Translations under genes and position numbers: made by a program | Notes under the pieces: model-generated | Told to the model about the DNA's origin: nothing | What the model saw: the letters and a program-made list of their open reading frames with translations, nothing else | Databases searched by the model: none | Assembly: GCA_965601925.1 (NCBI GenBank) | Contig: OZ271854.1 | Coordinates: 512,001-576,000, forward strand | Reading direction: 5' to 3' | DNA: 64,000 bases | Source of the DNA: Alkalispirochaeta sp. | Lineage (GTDB): Bacteria > Spirochaetota > Spirochaetia > DSM-27196 > Alkalispirochaetaceae | In this document: positions 29,081-39,547 of the stretch, piece by piece | Layout of the letters: every line of letters starts with the position of its first letter | Position numbering within the stretch: position 1 is the stretch's first letter

Positions 29081-30484
29081 TCAGACGCGCTCGATGTCCT
29101 CCGCGAGAGCCTCGAGCGCGCTTGAGCGGGTAAAGGCCATGCGTGCCGCGGCTCGCGCGATCGCTCCGACGGCCTCACCGGGAAGGTCGTCGAGAAGTGC
29201 GCGGGGAGTACGCGTACCGAGAAATAACTCCTTGGACGCCGCGATGCCCGCATCGAGCTCTCGGTCGCCGAGACAGCGGTAGACAAAGAGCGAGAGCGGC
29301 GAGTTTTGCAGATCGAAGGGCGACTCGCTCGCTCGTCCGTGGGCAAAGAGTCGATACAGCGTATCACCGTCGTCGTCACTGCGGCGGCAAACCGGCGGTC
29401 GGGCCGGTAGATACGCCGCCAGCTTGCCCGCCTCGTCGCGCGGTCGGAGATCTCCCATGAAGTAGGCGACCGGCGCATCGCCACCGGTGAGTTCGGCTAA
29501 GGCGGCCAAAACGCCGGCGCTCAACAGCTTAATACCCAAGTACCGTCGCGCAGTGGCGAGGTTTCGCGCAGCAAGAGTCGATACCTCGCGGTAATCCTTC
29601 TGGGCGGGGCTTCCCGCATAGCGATGAAAGATCGTCTCGGCGTCGAGATTCTGGAGGAAGCCCTCCATCTTGAGGAGCGCGTGTCCGTAACTGCGAATGG
29701 AGTAGACCCCACCGACACGCAAATCGGGATTTGTCTCGGGAAGGAGCTTCCACGTATTGTCCAAAAACCGCCCCACGTCTTCCTCGGCAAAGTTGTGTAC
29801 ATCGCGATTGGCAAAACAGACCGCCGTGACCACGATCTCCTCCAACCGTGCGTCGGACAGGTCGAGGCCGAGGTCCCGATTGACATCGACAAGCCGCGCC
29901 GCAAGCACCTCCGGCGGCGTACGACCCATCCCGTCGCGCCGGCGAAACGGAATCGTCTGCTCGATACACGCGGTCGCCACGAGTAGATCCGCCTCTGCGA
30001 CAAACTCTTCGAGCAGGAGGTTCATCACCAACGCACTCAAGAACTCGTTGAGTCCGCCGAACGGTGAGAGCGGCTGTCCCGGAGTGAACCCGAATACCGC
30101 CAAACAGCGATGAAACGGCCGATCGGCGGACGGGACATCCGCCGCCGGGGCGACTTGGTCATCGGAGACGAGCAGATACGGTCGCAGGAGCTTTTCGATC
30201 TCCGGCAGAAAGCCGTCGTCGACCTGAAAATAGACCAAGTCGTGGAAGAGTGCCGCGAGCGTGGCGTGCGCGTCCTTCGGATCCGAGAGATCGAAAATAT
30301 GCTCGGCCGTGTGGAAACAACGTTGGTTGGTGTTCATAGCGCGATTGACCATCACGCCGATCCGTTCCACAGCGGGGTCTTCGATCGGCACATGGAGACG
30401 ATGCAATGCTCCGGCGAGAAGACCGATCGTACGATGAACCGTTCCGGAAGGAACGTCGAAGGTATGCTCTAATGCGTTTTCCAT
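29081..30484 (-). CDS. Hypothetical HD-like metal-dependent phosphohydrolase
   Basis: RCFHTAEH ... LAALFHDLVY ... ANRDV; start ATG 30484 inferred. Confidence 0.65.
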   Translation of the reverse strand: MENALEHTFDVPSGTVHRTIGLLAGALHRLHVPIEDPAVERIGVMVNRAMNTNQRCFHTAEHIFDLSDPKDAHATLAALFHDLVYFQVDDGFLPEIEKLLRPYLLVSDDQVAPAADVPSADRPFHRCLAVFGFTPGQPLSPFGGLNEFLSALVMNLLLEEFVAEADLLVATACIEQTIPFRRRDGMGRTPPEVLAARLVDVNRDLGLDLSDARLEEIVVTAVCFANRDVHNFAEEDVGRFLDNTWKLLPETNPDLRVGGVYSIRSYGHALLKMEGFLQNLDAETIFHRYAGSPAQKDYREVSTLAARNLATARRYLGIKLLSAGVLAALAELTGGDAPVAYFMGDLRPRDEAGKLAAYLPARPPVCRRSDDDGDTLYRLFAHGRASESPFDLQNSPLSLFVYRCLGDRELDAGIAASKELFLGTRTPRALLDDLPGEAVGAIARAAARMAFTRSSALEALAEDIERV

Positions 30485-30549
30485 AGCCTTTTTCTTATCC
30501 ACACTATTGATAGTGTACACCCGATTAAGCGCGACGACAGGTGTCGCCC

Positions 30550-31959
30550 TCACGCCATCGTGACTCGATTGCGCCCTGCGTCCTTCGACATGTACATCGC
30601 GTCGTCGGCCCGCCGCACGAGGGTGTCGAATCCGCGCCCGGCGTTCGGTATCTCGCATGCGACGCCGATACTCACCGTGACGGACCAATCGACGTCCGGA
30701 TGGTCGATCTCCCGAACGTGTCGACATATCCGCTCCGACGCGGCGTAGGCTTGCCGGCACGTCGCGTCGGGAAACACGATGACGAACTCCTCTCCTCCGA
30801 AACGGGCGAACAGATCGGTAGAGCGCAGTTCTCGAAAACAGACCGCGGCGATTCTGCGTAGGACTTGGTCGCCCACCTCGTGACCGTAGCGGTCGTTGAC
30901 CTCCTTGAAATGGTCGGCGTCCAGCATCGCAACCGCAATGGGATGCTCGGTACGGACGGAGTTCTCGTATAGGAGGCGCCCTTCGACCTGAAAGCGCCGT
31001 CGGCTACCGGCTCCGGTGAGCGGGTCGGACATCGCGAGCTGATATGTCTGGTCGTGTAACCGCGCGTTCTCCAGCGCAATGGCGATGTGATCGGCGATCG
31101 TAGCCCCCAACCGAAGGTGCCGTTCGCTGTACGCGTTGCTTTTGAGACTGTCCGTCGCCAACAGGCCGATCACCTCCCCACGCCGAATAAGGGGCATTCC
31201 CATCCACGACTGGATCGTTATCTCTTCGGTGGGTTGGATGAAGGCGGGAAAATCTTTGGCAAGGTCGTGAGTATAACAGGGGCGCTTCTCGCGAATTGCG
31301 CGGGTACTGAGGCTCCCCTTCTCGGGATATCGGAACCGAAGATTCATAACACGGGAGATATCCTCGAATCCCGTCCCGCCGACGACTCGCAAGTACCCCC
31401 CGTCGAGGATCTGGACGGTGGCCGTATCGTAGGGGATGATGCGGCGAGTCTGTTCGAGGATGCGATTCACCGTCTCTTCCATGTCGAGAGAGGATCCTAT
31501 GACCGCGATCACCTGACGGAGCGTCTCCAACTCCTCGTACTGCTGCTGAAGCCTCGTTTCCACCGTCTTGAAACGACTGATGTCGGTGTCCGCGCCGACG
31601 TAGAGGATCGGAAGTCCGTCCTCGCTCTTCCCCACCGACCGACCGCGACTGACGATCCAGCGGTACGTCCCGTTGCGACGACGCAGTCGGAACGTCTCCT
31701 CGAACTGCTCCACCTCTCCGTTGTAGATTCGCTCCGCGGCGAGCCGGACGCGCTTGCGGTCGTCGGGGTGTACTTGATCGAGCCATTGCAGACCGCGTCC
31801 GATCGCTTCCGACGGTTGACCGAGAGAACGCCACACATCGCTTGTAAAACTCTTTTCGGAGACGTACTGGCTGGCAAACACGCCGATCTCGGATAACGCG
31901 TCACGCAGCTCTTTATCTTCGAACAGTAGATCATAAGCCGTCCGGTCCGTTTTTTTCAT
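30550..31959 (-). CDS. Diguanylate cyclase (PAS-GAF-GGDEF)
   Basis: VHPDD PAS; GAF domain; DPLTG, DADHFKEVNDRYGHEVGD, RSTD I-site, GGEEF. Confidence 0.95.
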   Translation of the reverse strand: MKKTDRTAYDLLFEDKELRDALSEIGVFASQYVSEKSFTSDVWRSLGQPSEAIGRGLQWLDQVHPDDRKRVRLAAERIYNGEVEQFEETFRLRRRNGTYRWIVSRGRSVGKSEDGLPILYVGADTDISRFKTVETRLQQQYEELETLRQVIAVIGSSLDMEETVNRILEQTRRIIPYDTATVQILDGGYLRVVGGTGFEDISRVMNLRFRYPEKGSLSTRAIREKRPCYTHDLAKDFPAFIQPTEEITIQSWMGMPLIRRGEVIGLLATDSLKSNAYSERHLRLGATIADHIAIALENARLHDQTYQLAMSDPLTGAGSRRRFQVEGRLLYENSVRTEHPIAVAMLDADHFKEVNDRYGHEVGDQVLRRIAAVCFRELRSTDLFARFGGEEFVIVFPDATCRQAYAASERICRHVREIDHPDVDWSVTVSIGVACEIPNAGRGFDTLVRRADDAMYMSKDAGRNRVTMA

Positions 31960-32018
31960 CAGGCTTCCTACGGATAGTATACGGAGGGGGGGCCGTCGAC
32001 GCTACTGCGACCGAACGA

Positions 32019-32903
32019 TCACCGACCGTCCGGAATGGTTATGGCATCCTCGGGAAAGATGAGATCCGGATCGGCTATGTTGTTCTCTTCAGCGATATCG
32101 AAGTACGCCCAGGGCGTTCCGTAAAACCGCTCCGAGAGCGCCCACAACGTATCGCCTCGCTGCACTCGGTACTCCGTCTCCGTACGCTCGTCCTCCGTCG
32201 CATCGCCCGTGATATCGGTCTGCAACGAGTCCGTTACGTCGGCGGCGGGCTCCTCGGGTGCCGGCGATTCCTCCGGGAGCGGCTCGGACACCGCGGGTTG
32301 TGTCGCTTCGGATTCAGGCTCCTCCTCCGCCGGAATCTGCGCCGGCGGCGGGGTTGTTTCAGGCGGGCGGGCGGACGTCTCGACGACACCGTCTCCTCGA
32401 TCGATGGGCAGAAACAGAACCAGCGCGACGGCCGCACCGATCAAAAGGAGCGCGGCGGCGAGTATAGGCCACCACCGTCGCCGTTTTCGCTCGGTGTCGT
32501 AGGAAACGGCGGTAAATACGCCGCCATCCGATGCTTTCGTCTCATACGAATCGTCGTGCGGTCCGACCGGAAGAGCCTCCTCCGGAAAAACGTACTCGTC
32601 CAGATCGAGTGATACGCTTTGCACGTTACCGGTATCGCCGTCCCGAACGCGCACCAAAAGCGTACGATCGGCGGTGACGGTCATATCGAGGTCCAACTCC
32701 GCCTCGCCGCTCGGGCGGGGAGGCACGTTGTCGACGACGATCGTCTCCAAAGGCTCGCCTTCGTCGTCAATGATACGATACAGCTCGATAAGAGCGCGTG
32801 TTTGGTCGTCGGTCGCCGTTACCAAAACGACGTGTCGACGCCCCGGCGCATCCTCTTCCAACACGGGGAACAAACTACGATCCGCAAGTCTGATTCCGAT
32901 CAT
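32019..32903 (-). CDS. Membrane protein with Hsp70-substrate-binding-like N-terminal domain and C-terminal LysM
   Basis: TATDDQTRALIELY..NVPPRPSGEAELDL; single TM; Pro/Glu linker; YRVQRGDTLWALSERFYG..IADPDLIFP. Confidence 0.85.
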   Translation of the reverse strand: MIGIRLADRSLFPVLEEDAPGRRHVVLVTATDDQTRALIELYRIIDDEGEPLETIVVDNVPPRPSGEAELDLDMTVTADRTLLVRVRDGDTGNVQSVSLDLDEYVFPEEALPVGPHDDSYETKASDGGVFTAVSYDTERKRRRWWPILAAALLLIGAAVALVLFLPIDRGDGVVETSARPPETTPPPAQIPAEEEPESEATQPAVSEPLPEESPAPEEPAADVTDSLQTDITGDATEDERTETEYRVQRGDTLWALSERFYGTPWAYFDIAEENNIADPDLIFPEDAITIPDGR

Positions 32904-33055
32904 TATCGTATCCGTATACTATAATACGGCCAATCTTACTATCCAAACAAGCATCTCTTCCCTTACAAAAAATGATATATTAGCAGATAGCGTCTTATTC
33001 GACAGCCCAATCGGGCCGGTACGACGCGTTCCGCAAGCAGCAAGAGGTGTCATTG

Positions 33056-34441
33056 ATGAGTCAATCCATGGATCTGGTAAACGATCCGATCCCCCGCTTG
33101 ATTCGCCGAATCGCCGTGCCGGCGAGCGTGGGAATGATATTCAATACGATGTACAACATCGTGGATACGTATTTCGGCCAGTTTTTATCGACCGAGGGTT
33201 TGGCGGCCCTATCGCTTTCGTTTCCCCTATTCTTCGTGATCATCGCCGCCGGAAGCGGCATTGCGACCGGAGCCACGGCGCTCATATCCAACGCCCTCGG
33301 CACCGGTGACAACGAGGCGGCGGCGCGCTATCAGGCGCAGGCGATATCGTTCGGCATCATCGCCTCGATCGTGCTGACGATAATAGGTCTCCTGGTCGCC
33401 GAGAGCGCCTACCGGTTCATGGGGGCCGAAGGACTCGTCCTCGATCTCGCGATGCAATACATACGCGTGATTCTCTTCGGTACCGGCTTTTTTATCCTGA
33501 ACTCGATCATCAACGCCGGTCTTACGTCGCGGGGCGACACCAAGAGCTTCCGCAACGTGCTGTTCATCGGGATGATCCTCAACGTCGGTCTCGACCCGCT
33601 CTTTCTCTTCGGGTTCGAACCGTTGCGTATCCCCGCATTCGGTGCGGCGGGAATCGCTCTGGCGACCGTGCTCATCCAGGGAGTCAGCTTGATCTATATG
33701 TCGAGTAAAGCGCGCAGGAAGGGCACGTGCAGGGGCATGCGCGTACGAGACTACCTTCCGTTGGAGCGTTTCTACCGCGAGATTGCCGTCCAGGGCATTC
33801 CGGCGAGCATCAATATGATGACCGTCGCCCTCGGTATGTTCGTGATCAACTTCTTCATCTCTCGCTCAGGTTCGACCGCGGGATTGGCGGCCTACGGCGT
33901 TGCGTTGCGCATCGAGCAGATTGCGCTCCTGCCGAGCATCGGGCTGCACACCGCGATTCTGACCCTCGTCGGGAACAACTTCGGTGCCGGACGGTTCGAT
34001 CGCATTCGCGAAACCTTTCGCACCGCCCTGTGGTACGGTCTCATCGTCATGGCGGTTTCGCTGGGTATCGTGCTCCCCTTAGCGGGCGTGCTGATGCGAC
34101 AGTTCACCACCGACCCCGAGGTAGTGGCCATCGGAAGAACTTATCTCTACATCGAGGGGCTCGTGTACTACGCGTACGTCATGCTCTTCGGCGCAGTGGC
34201 GTTCATGCAGGGTCTCAAACGCCCGATGCCGGCGATCTACATCGGTGTCTACCGGCAGTTGGTCGCGCCGGCGGCGGTTTTCTTCCTCTTAGCGGAGGTG
34301 CTCGGTTGGGGGCTCATGGGAATATGGTGGGGCATCTTTCTCGTGACGTGGTCGGCGGCGATCGTTACCAACGGTTGGGCGTGGGCGGTCTTCCGTCGTG
34401 AGGAGCGCGGCAGCGAAACGCCGGAGGCTGCCTCCGCCTAA
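33056..34441 (+). CDS. MATE-family efflux transporter
   Basis: YNIVDTYF, LNVGLDPLFLFG, GAAGIALAT, G.NFGAGRFDR. Confidence 0.93.
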   Translation: MSQSMDLVNDPIPRLIRRIAVPASVGMIFNTMYNIVDTYFGQFLSTEGLAALSLSFPLFFVIIAAGSGIATGATALISNALGTGDNEAAARYQAQAISFGIIASIVLTIIGLLVAESAYRFMGAEGLVLDLAMQYIRVILFGTGFFILNSIINAGLTSRGDTKSFRNVLFIGMILNVGLDPLFLFGFEPLRIPAFGAAGIALATVLIQGVSLIYMSSKARRKGTCRGMRVRDYLPLERFYREIAVQGIPASINMMTVALGMFVINFFISRSGSTAGLAAYGVALRIEQIALLPSIGLHTAILTLVGNNFGAGRFDRIRETFRTALWYGLIVMAVSLGIVLPLAGVLMRQFTTDPEVVAIGRTYLYIEGLVYYAYVMLFGAVAFMQGLKRPMPAIYIGVYRQLVAPAAVFFLLAEVLGWGLMGIWWGIFLVTWSAAIVTNGWAWAVFRREERGSETPEAASA

Positions 34442-35133
34442 GACTCGTCGGGAGGCGGGCAGAACTCGGCGGACGGAGGCGTAGGTACGGCGTGCACCGT
34501 CGGATAGCGGGCGAAATGTTCGATATTCTCGGCGAGAAAGTGGATAGCATTCTCCACCATCAGTTCGAAATCGTCCCACGAGCGCTTGCGGTCGCGGTTG
34601 AGCATGTTGCTCTCCCAAAGCATCACGTTCCCGTGGACGTGGGTCCAACAGCTCATCGATGCGGCGCCGGCGCGACGAGCTCGTTCTTCCGGGCTATCCC
34701 CCGGACGCGACACAAGCGGCGTTACGGCACTCAATAGCGCATCGAAAGCGCGGCCGGCAACCTGGTGAAACTGCTCGTCGTGCGCGACCAGCTTTGCCTT
34801 GTGGGGACCGAACATGATGCGATAATGCGCCGGGTGCTCGAAGGCGAAGCGGCAATATCCCCGGCCGAGTTCCGCGAGTCGCCTTTTTGCGTCGGTAATG
34901 GTCGACGTCGACTCAAGCCTGCGACCGAGTATACGAAATCCCTCGGTCGCGACGGCGAGAATAATGGCCGTCTTATCGGGAAAGTGGTGCGCCGGCGCGG
35001 CGTGAGAGACCCCGACCTCCTTGGCGAGCCGCCGGATGGTGAGCGCCTCCGTCCCTTCGGTGTCGATAATGTCCAGCGCCGCCTCTATGAGCGCGTGACG
35101 CAGATCACCGTGATGGTACCGTCCTTGTTGCAT
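34438..35133 (-). CDS. TetR-family regulator (WHG-type C-terminus)
   Basis: YHHGDLRHALI, VGVSHAAPAHHF, WTHVHG. Confidence 0.92.
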   Translation of the reverse strand: MQQGRYHHGDLRHALIEAALDIIDTEGTEALTIRRLAKEVGVSHAAPAHHFPDKTAIILAVATEGFRILGRRLESTSTITDAKRRLAELGRGYCRFAFEHPAHYRIMFGPHKAKLVAHDEQFHQVAGRAFDALLSAVTPLVSRPGDSPEERARRAGAASMSCWTHVHGNVMLWESNMLNRDRKRSWDDFELMVENAIHFLAENIEHFARYPTVHAVPTPPSAEFCPPPDES

Positions 35134-35137
35134 GCTA

Positions 35138-38100
35138 CTACTCTAAATCGATAAGCTCCCGCGGCACAATCTCCAATCCTCGTGCCCGCCGCCACGCAAA
35201 GAACGCCCTGATCGCCTGGGTCGCAGCTTGATCGCGCGCCGTTCGTTCGCGCCGGACCTCGGCCTGTGCCTCGACGTAGTCGGTGCTGGTTCTTCGCCCC
35301 GCTTCAAACAGCTGTGCGGTCTCCGCCTCCAACCGCTCGGCAAGTTGGAGTGAGCGCTCCTGGACGCGATAGCGATCCAGTGCGATCTCAAAGTCGACCG
35401 ACCGCTGATGCAGCTCGACCTCCACCGCCTCGATTGCCGCAGTATACCGCTCCTCGGTGGCGAGCCTCAGTTGACGCACACGATCGGCGGCGGCGACACG
35501 CGCTCCGCGGGCGTAAGGAACCCATCGCAGGACGACCGCCGCCTCGATCCAATAGTCTTGTTCCAGAGCGCTGTTGAGCACATTGATGCCGCGTAGCTGC
35601 GCCTCCACCGACGGAAGGCGCTGGAAGTGCACGGATCGTTCCGCTGCGATCGTCTCCTCGATGACGCTTCCGAGCGAGACGAGATCGTTCCGCTGCCGCC
35701 ACGATGCGTCGTCTCCGTGGTAGGGACTGTTGCGGTACAGACGTTCGGCGTGCTCGACCACGCGAGCGATCCCGGCCGATGAAGGAACGTCAACGGGTCG
35801 CCGACGTCCGATAAGGCGGGCCAGGTCGTCCGCGACGACCTCTCGGCGTAGGACAAACGTGCGCAGGTCGCGCTCAACCTGGAGTAACGCTATCTCGATA
35901 CGGTCGGCGTCGCTCTGTATGGCGCGGCCCCCGTCGACCAACCGCGTGACCCGCTCGTACTGGGCGCGAAGCGCGGCGCCGGAAATTGAGGCCGCCTCGA
36001 CCGCGCTGTCGACGTCGACGACATCGAGGGAGCGAAAGAGCGCTTCGATTACTTGCGCCTCCCCTTCTTCCCGCGCCTGCGCCGCAGCGGTCCGAACCGC
36101 CGCCGATCGGAGCGCCGGCTCGCCGACCTGTACCGCGAGATCGAACACCGGCTGCGAGAGTACCGCGACGACTTGGCCCTCCCAGTCGGGCTCCTCTTCG
36201 ATGGTGCCTCCGCCGGGGGACGGTACCGTCAACGCCTCGTTGCGCCGCAACACCTCTCCCTCGATCGATAGGGCGGGTAACAACGCGCTTCGGCGCGCCT
36301 CGACGAGTCCTCGATCCGCCGCCGCGACGTCCAACGCTGCGGCACGCGAGGCGGCGTTGGCGCGCGCGCCGTCGACGATATCCGCGAAGATCGCGCCCAC
36401 TGCGCCGTCGTCCGCGTCCTGTGCGGAGGAGGGGTACGCTACTCCAAAAAGCGAGAACGCCAACCCGCAGAGGAAGAGCGCCGCACGCGAGGCGATACCG
36501 CGCTGGCGGATCGTGGGCCGAGCAAACATCAATCGGTACATCGCCGGGACGACCAGAATGGTAAGCACCGTAGAGGCGGCGAGGCCGGAGATAATCGATC
36601 CGGCGAAGGGCGGCCATAGTGAGCTCGACGAGAAGAGTAACGGCACCATACCGGCTATCGTCGTGCCGGCGGTGAGCAGAATCGGTCTGATACGCTCCTC
36701 CACGGCGCCTCGGATCGCCGCATCCAGAGGGAGCCCCTCGTCGCGTTTGGCGTCCATCAAATCGATGAGGATAATCGCGTTGTTGACGACGATACCGATA
36801 AGAGCGATGACGCCGAGCATCGACGTGAAACCGAAGGGCTGATTGAAGATCAACAACCCGGGAATAACTCCGACGGCGGCCAGCGGTACGGTCGTCATGA
36901 CGATTCCCACTTTGCGGAAGGAGCGAAACTGGAGAAGGAGGATCGTCAGCAGTACGACGACGCCGAGATAGGAAGCGTTGGCGATCGCGCGATTGGCGGC
37001 CGCCGACTCCTCGGCAGCGCCGCCCACGGTGCGCTCTACCCCTTCGATCGGCGGCTCCAGACGATCGTTGAGCGTCGCGAGCACCTCATTGTACGCCGCT
37101 CCGGGAGCGAGCTCGGCGAGGACCGACGCGGTTCTCACACCGTTACGGCGCGTGATCTCGGAGGGACGGAACTCCGTCCTGACACGGGCGACGGCGGCCA
37201 GCGGTACGAGCCCTCCGCCGACCGGTGAGAAGAGTTGAATGTCGTCGAACTGCGCCGCGTCGTAGTCCTCACCGGCGGGACTCCGTACGATCACGGGGAT
37301 GCGCTCTTCGCGATAGGAGATCTCACCGGCCGGAATGCCGCGCACGGCGGCGCGTACCGCTTGAGCGATGGAGGCGCGGTTGATACCCAGCGCGTTAGCT
37401 CGGGCGTCGTCTATCGCAAGTGAGAGGGTCAACGTCGGGGCGCTCAGGGTGGAGCGTACGTCCACGGCGCCCGGTATCTCCTGTAATGAGCCGATAATAT
37501 TCTGCACCTCGCTCGCGACGCGTTGAAAGTCCTCTCCCGCGACACGGAGTTGAATCGGCGCATCGACCGGCGGCCCCTGCTCCAGCTTTCGAGCAACAAC
37601 GACGGCTTCCGGCGTGATTTCGCGAGCACGGCGACGAATCCACTCCGTCATGGGCTCAACGACATCGGATGTCGTCGTCGTCACGAGGATCTGACCTCGG
37701 TACGGTGCATTGGTGACGGTAAGGACGTTGTAATAGAAACGAGGTGCGGTGCGACCGGCAAACGCTGCGACCTGTACCACCTCTTCGCGCTCCAGGAGCG
37801 CCTGTTCGAGAGTCGCTACGACCCGCGACGTCTCACCGATATGTGTACCTCGCGGCGTCTCGATGTCGATGACGAGTTGGTTGCGATCCGAGCTCGGAAA
37901 AAACTGTTGCTGCACCCTCGGTAACAACGTCGCGACGAGTATTACTCCGACGAGCGCACCGGCGATGACTAACCACGGGCGACGAGTTGAGAAGTGCGAC
38001 ACGCGACGAAGCGCCGGCGACGTCTCGGCCATCGTGAGGGTCGCGCCGTCCCGCGTGCCGTCCCCGTTCCCGGACGGACGGAGGACCATCATCGCTATTG

Positions 38101-39547
38101 TCGGTGTAACGATAACGGCAAAAAAGTAACTCAGGGTGAGGGTGAGCATAACCAAGCGCGGAATGGCTCCCGTGAACTCCGCAGTCTCTCCGCGAGCCAA
38201 CAGCAGCGGAATATAGGCCGCGAGGGTGGTGCCGGTCGCCGCCGCCAACGGCACAAGAAGCTCCCGTACCGCTGCGCCCGCCGCACTCTTGCGATCTTCA
38301 CCGGCGTCCAGTCGCCACTGGATCCGCTCTGCAACGACGATGGCGTTGTCTACCAGAAGTCCCAGGGACATCACGAGCGCCGCAATCGAAATCTGGTGGA
38401 GCACGCCTCCGGCAACGGCATACAACGCAAGTCCGCCGAGCGCAACGACGGGGACCATCGCGGCGACGGTGAGTCCCAACCTGACTCCCATTGCAAGGAT
38501 CACGACCGCCGCAACGATGGCGATGCCCTGCAACAACGATCCCGCGAGATCGCTCAACCGCGTCTCGACGCGCCGCGGCTGGAACGAGGCATAATCGACG
38601 GTGAGCTCGGGATGTTCCGCGGAAAACCGATCTACCGTCGAGATGACCTGTTCACCGAAGGCGACGATATCGATCGCCTGCTGCGGAACGACCCCGACGG
38701 TTACGACACTTCGATTATCGAGTCGCGCCGATGCATCGGCGGGCTCGGCCGGACCGATATACAGCGGGCCGACCGAGGAGAGCGGTATCGATGCGCCGCT
38801 CGGGAGTACGATCTCCGTTTCGCCGAGCTCGTGCATCGTGTCTACGCCGCTCTCGGGGTCGACACCGGCTTGTACCGTTCCGACGCGCAACTGACCGCCG
38901 GGAATGGTAACCAAGCGCTCGGCGAGCTGGCCGGCGAGGTACGAGCGACTCATCCCGAGCTGGCGGGAGGTCGCCTCATCGAGCGTCACCACCAGCTCGC
39001 GATCGACATCGGGGGCGATGTTCACCTCCTTGACACCCTGCACGCGCCGGAGATCCCGTTCGAGCTCCTCGGCGGCGTACCATAGCTCAGCGAGGTCTCC
39101 ACTCCCGCCGATACCGACGATGACCGCCTCGACGGAGGTCACCTCCCAATTGGTAATGGGCTCCTCGACACCTTCGGGATACTCCCGCTGGGCTCGCCTG
39201 AGAGCGCTTTCGACTTCGTCCCATACCGGATCCACATCGCGCACACGGCCGTCCAACTCCACGGTAATTGCGGCTACGTCGGGTCGAATACTGACTTCGA
39301 CCGCCGCGATCTCTTCGACGCTCCGCAGTTGGTCCTCGGTCGGTATGACGATCAACTCTTCGATGGAGTCCGCGTCACCGCCGGGGTAGATAACCAGAAT
39401 CGAGCCGAAGCGTGCGGTGAGGGACGGATCCTCCTGTCTCGGCATCGTCGTCCAGGAGAAGATGCCGGTGAAGACGGCGGCGGCGGCGATGAGGAGGATC
39501 GCCCGTCGTTGGCGATAGAGTATCGCTCCGAATCGGCCGGGACTCAT
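35138..39547 (-). CDS. RND efflux permease fused to a C-terminal TolC-like outer-membrane efflux domain
   Basis: AcrB-type GLLVDNAIVV, GIVVNNAIIL, RIRPILLT in the first ~1010 aa; then a signal-like helix and OEP-like motifs LLPALS, LSQPVFD, LPSVEA, FEAGRRT. Confidence 0.85.
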   Translation of the reverse strand: MSPGRFGAILYRQRRAILLIAAAAVFTGIFSWTTMPRQEDPSLTARFGSILVIYPGGDADSIEELIVIPTEDQLRSVEEIAAVEVSIRPDVAAITVELDGRVRDVDPVWDEVESALRRAQREYPEGVEEPITNWEVTSVEAVIVGIGGSGDLAELWYAAEELERDLRRVQGVKEVNIAPDVDRELVVTLDEATSRQLGMSRSYLAGQLAERLVTIPGGQLRVGTVQAGVDPESGVDTMHELGETEIVLPSGASIPLSSVGPLYIGPAEPADASARLDNRSVVTVGVVPQQAIDIVAFGEQVISTVDRFSAEHPELTVDYASFQPRRVETRLSDLAGSLLQGIAIVAAVVILAMGVRLGLTVAAMVPVVALGGLALYAVAGGVLHQISIAALVMSLGLLVDNAIVVAERIQWRLDAGEDRKSAAGAAVRELLVPLAAATGTTLAAYIPLLLARGETAEFTGAIPRLVMLTLTLSYFFAVIVTPTIAMMVLRPSGNGDGTRDGATLTMAETSPALRRVSHFSTRRPWLVIAGALVGVILVATLLPRVQQQFFPSSDRNQLVIDIETPRGTHIGETSRVVATLEQALLEREEVVQVAAFAGRTAPRFYYNVLTVTNAPYRGQILVTTTTSDVVEPMTEWIRRRAREITPEAVVVARKLEQGPPVDAPIQLRVAGEDFQRVASEVQNIIGSLQEIPGAVDVRSTLSAPTLTLSLAIDDARANALGINRASIAQAVRAAVRGIPAGEISYREERIPVIVRSPAGEDYDAAQFDDIQLFSPVGGGLVPLAAVARVRTEFRPSEITRRNGVRTASVLAELAPGAAYNEVLATLNDRLEPPIEGVERTVGGAAEESAAANRAIANASYLGVVVLLTILLLQFRSFRKVGIVMTTVPLAAVGVIPGLLIFNQPFGFTSMLGVIALIGIVVNNAIILIDLMDAKRDEGLPLDAAIRGAVEERIRPILLTAGTTIAGMVPLLFSSSSLWPPFAGSIISGLAASTVLTILVVPAMYRLMFARPTIRQRGIASRAALFLCGLAFSLFGVAYPSSAQDADDGAVGAIFADIVDGARANAASRAAALDVAAADRGLVEARRSALLPALSIEGEVLRRNEALTVPSPGGGTIEEEPDWEGQVVAVLSQPVFDLAVQVGEPALRSAAVRTAAAQAREEGEAQVIEALFRSLDVVDVDSAVEAASISGAALRAQYERVTRLVDGGRAIQSDADRIEIALLQVERDLRTFVLRREVVADDLARLIGRRRPVDVPSSAGIARVVEHAERLYRNSPYHGDDASWRQRNDLVSLGSVIEETIAAERSVHFQRLPSVEAQLRGINVLNSALEQDYWIEAAVVLRWVPYARGARVAAADRVRQLRLATEERYTAAIEAVEVELHQRSVDFEIALDRYRVQERSLQLAERLEAETAQLFEAGRRTSTDYVEAQAEVRRERTARDQAATQAIRAFFAWRRARGLEIVPRELIDLE

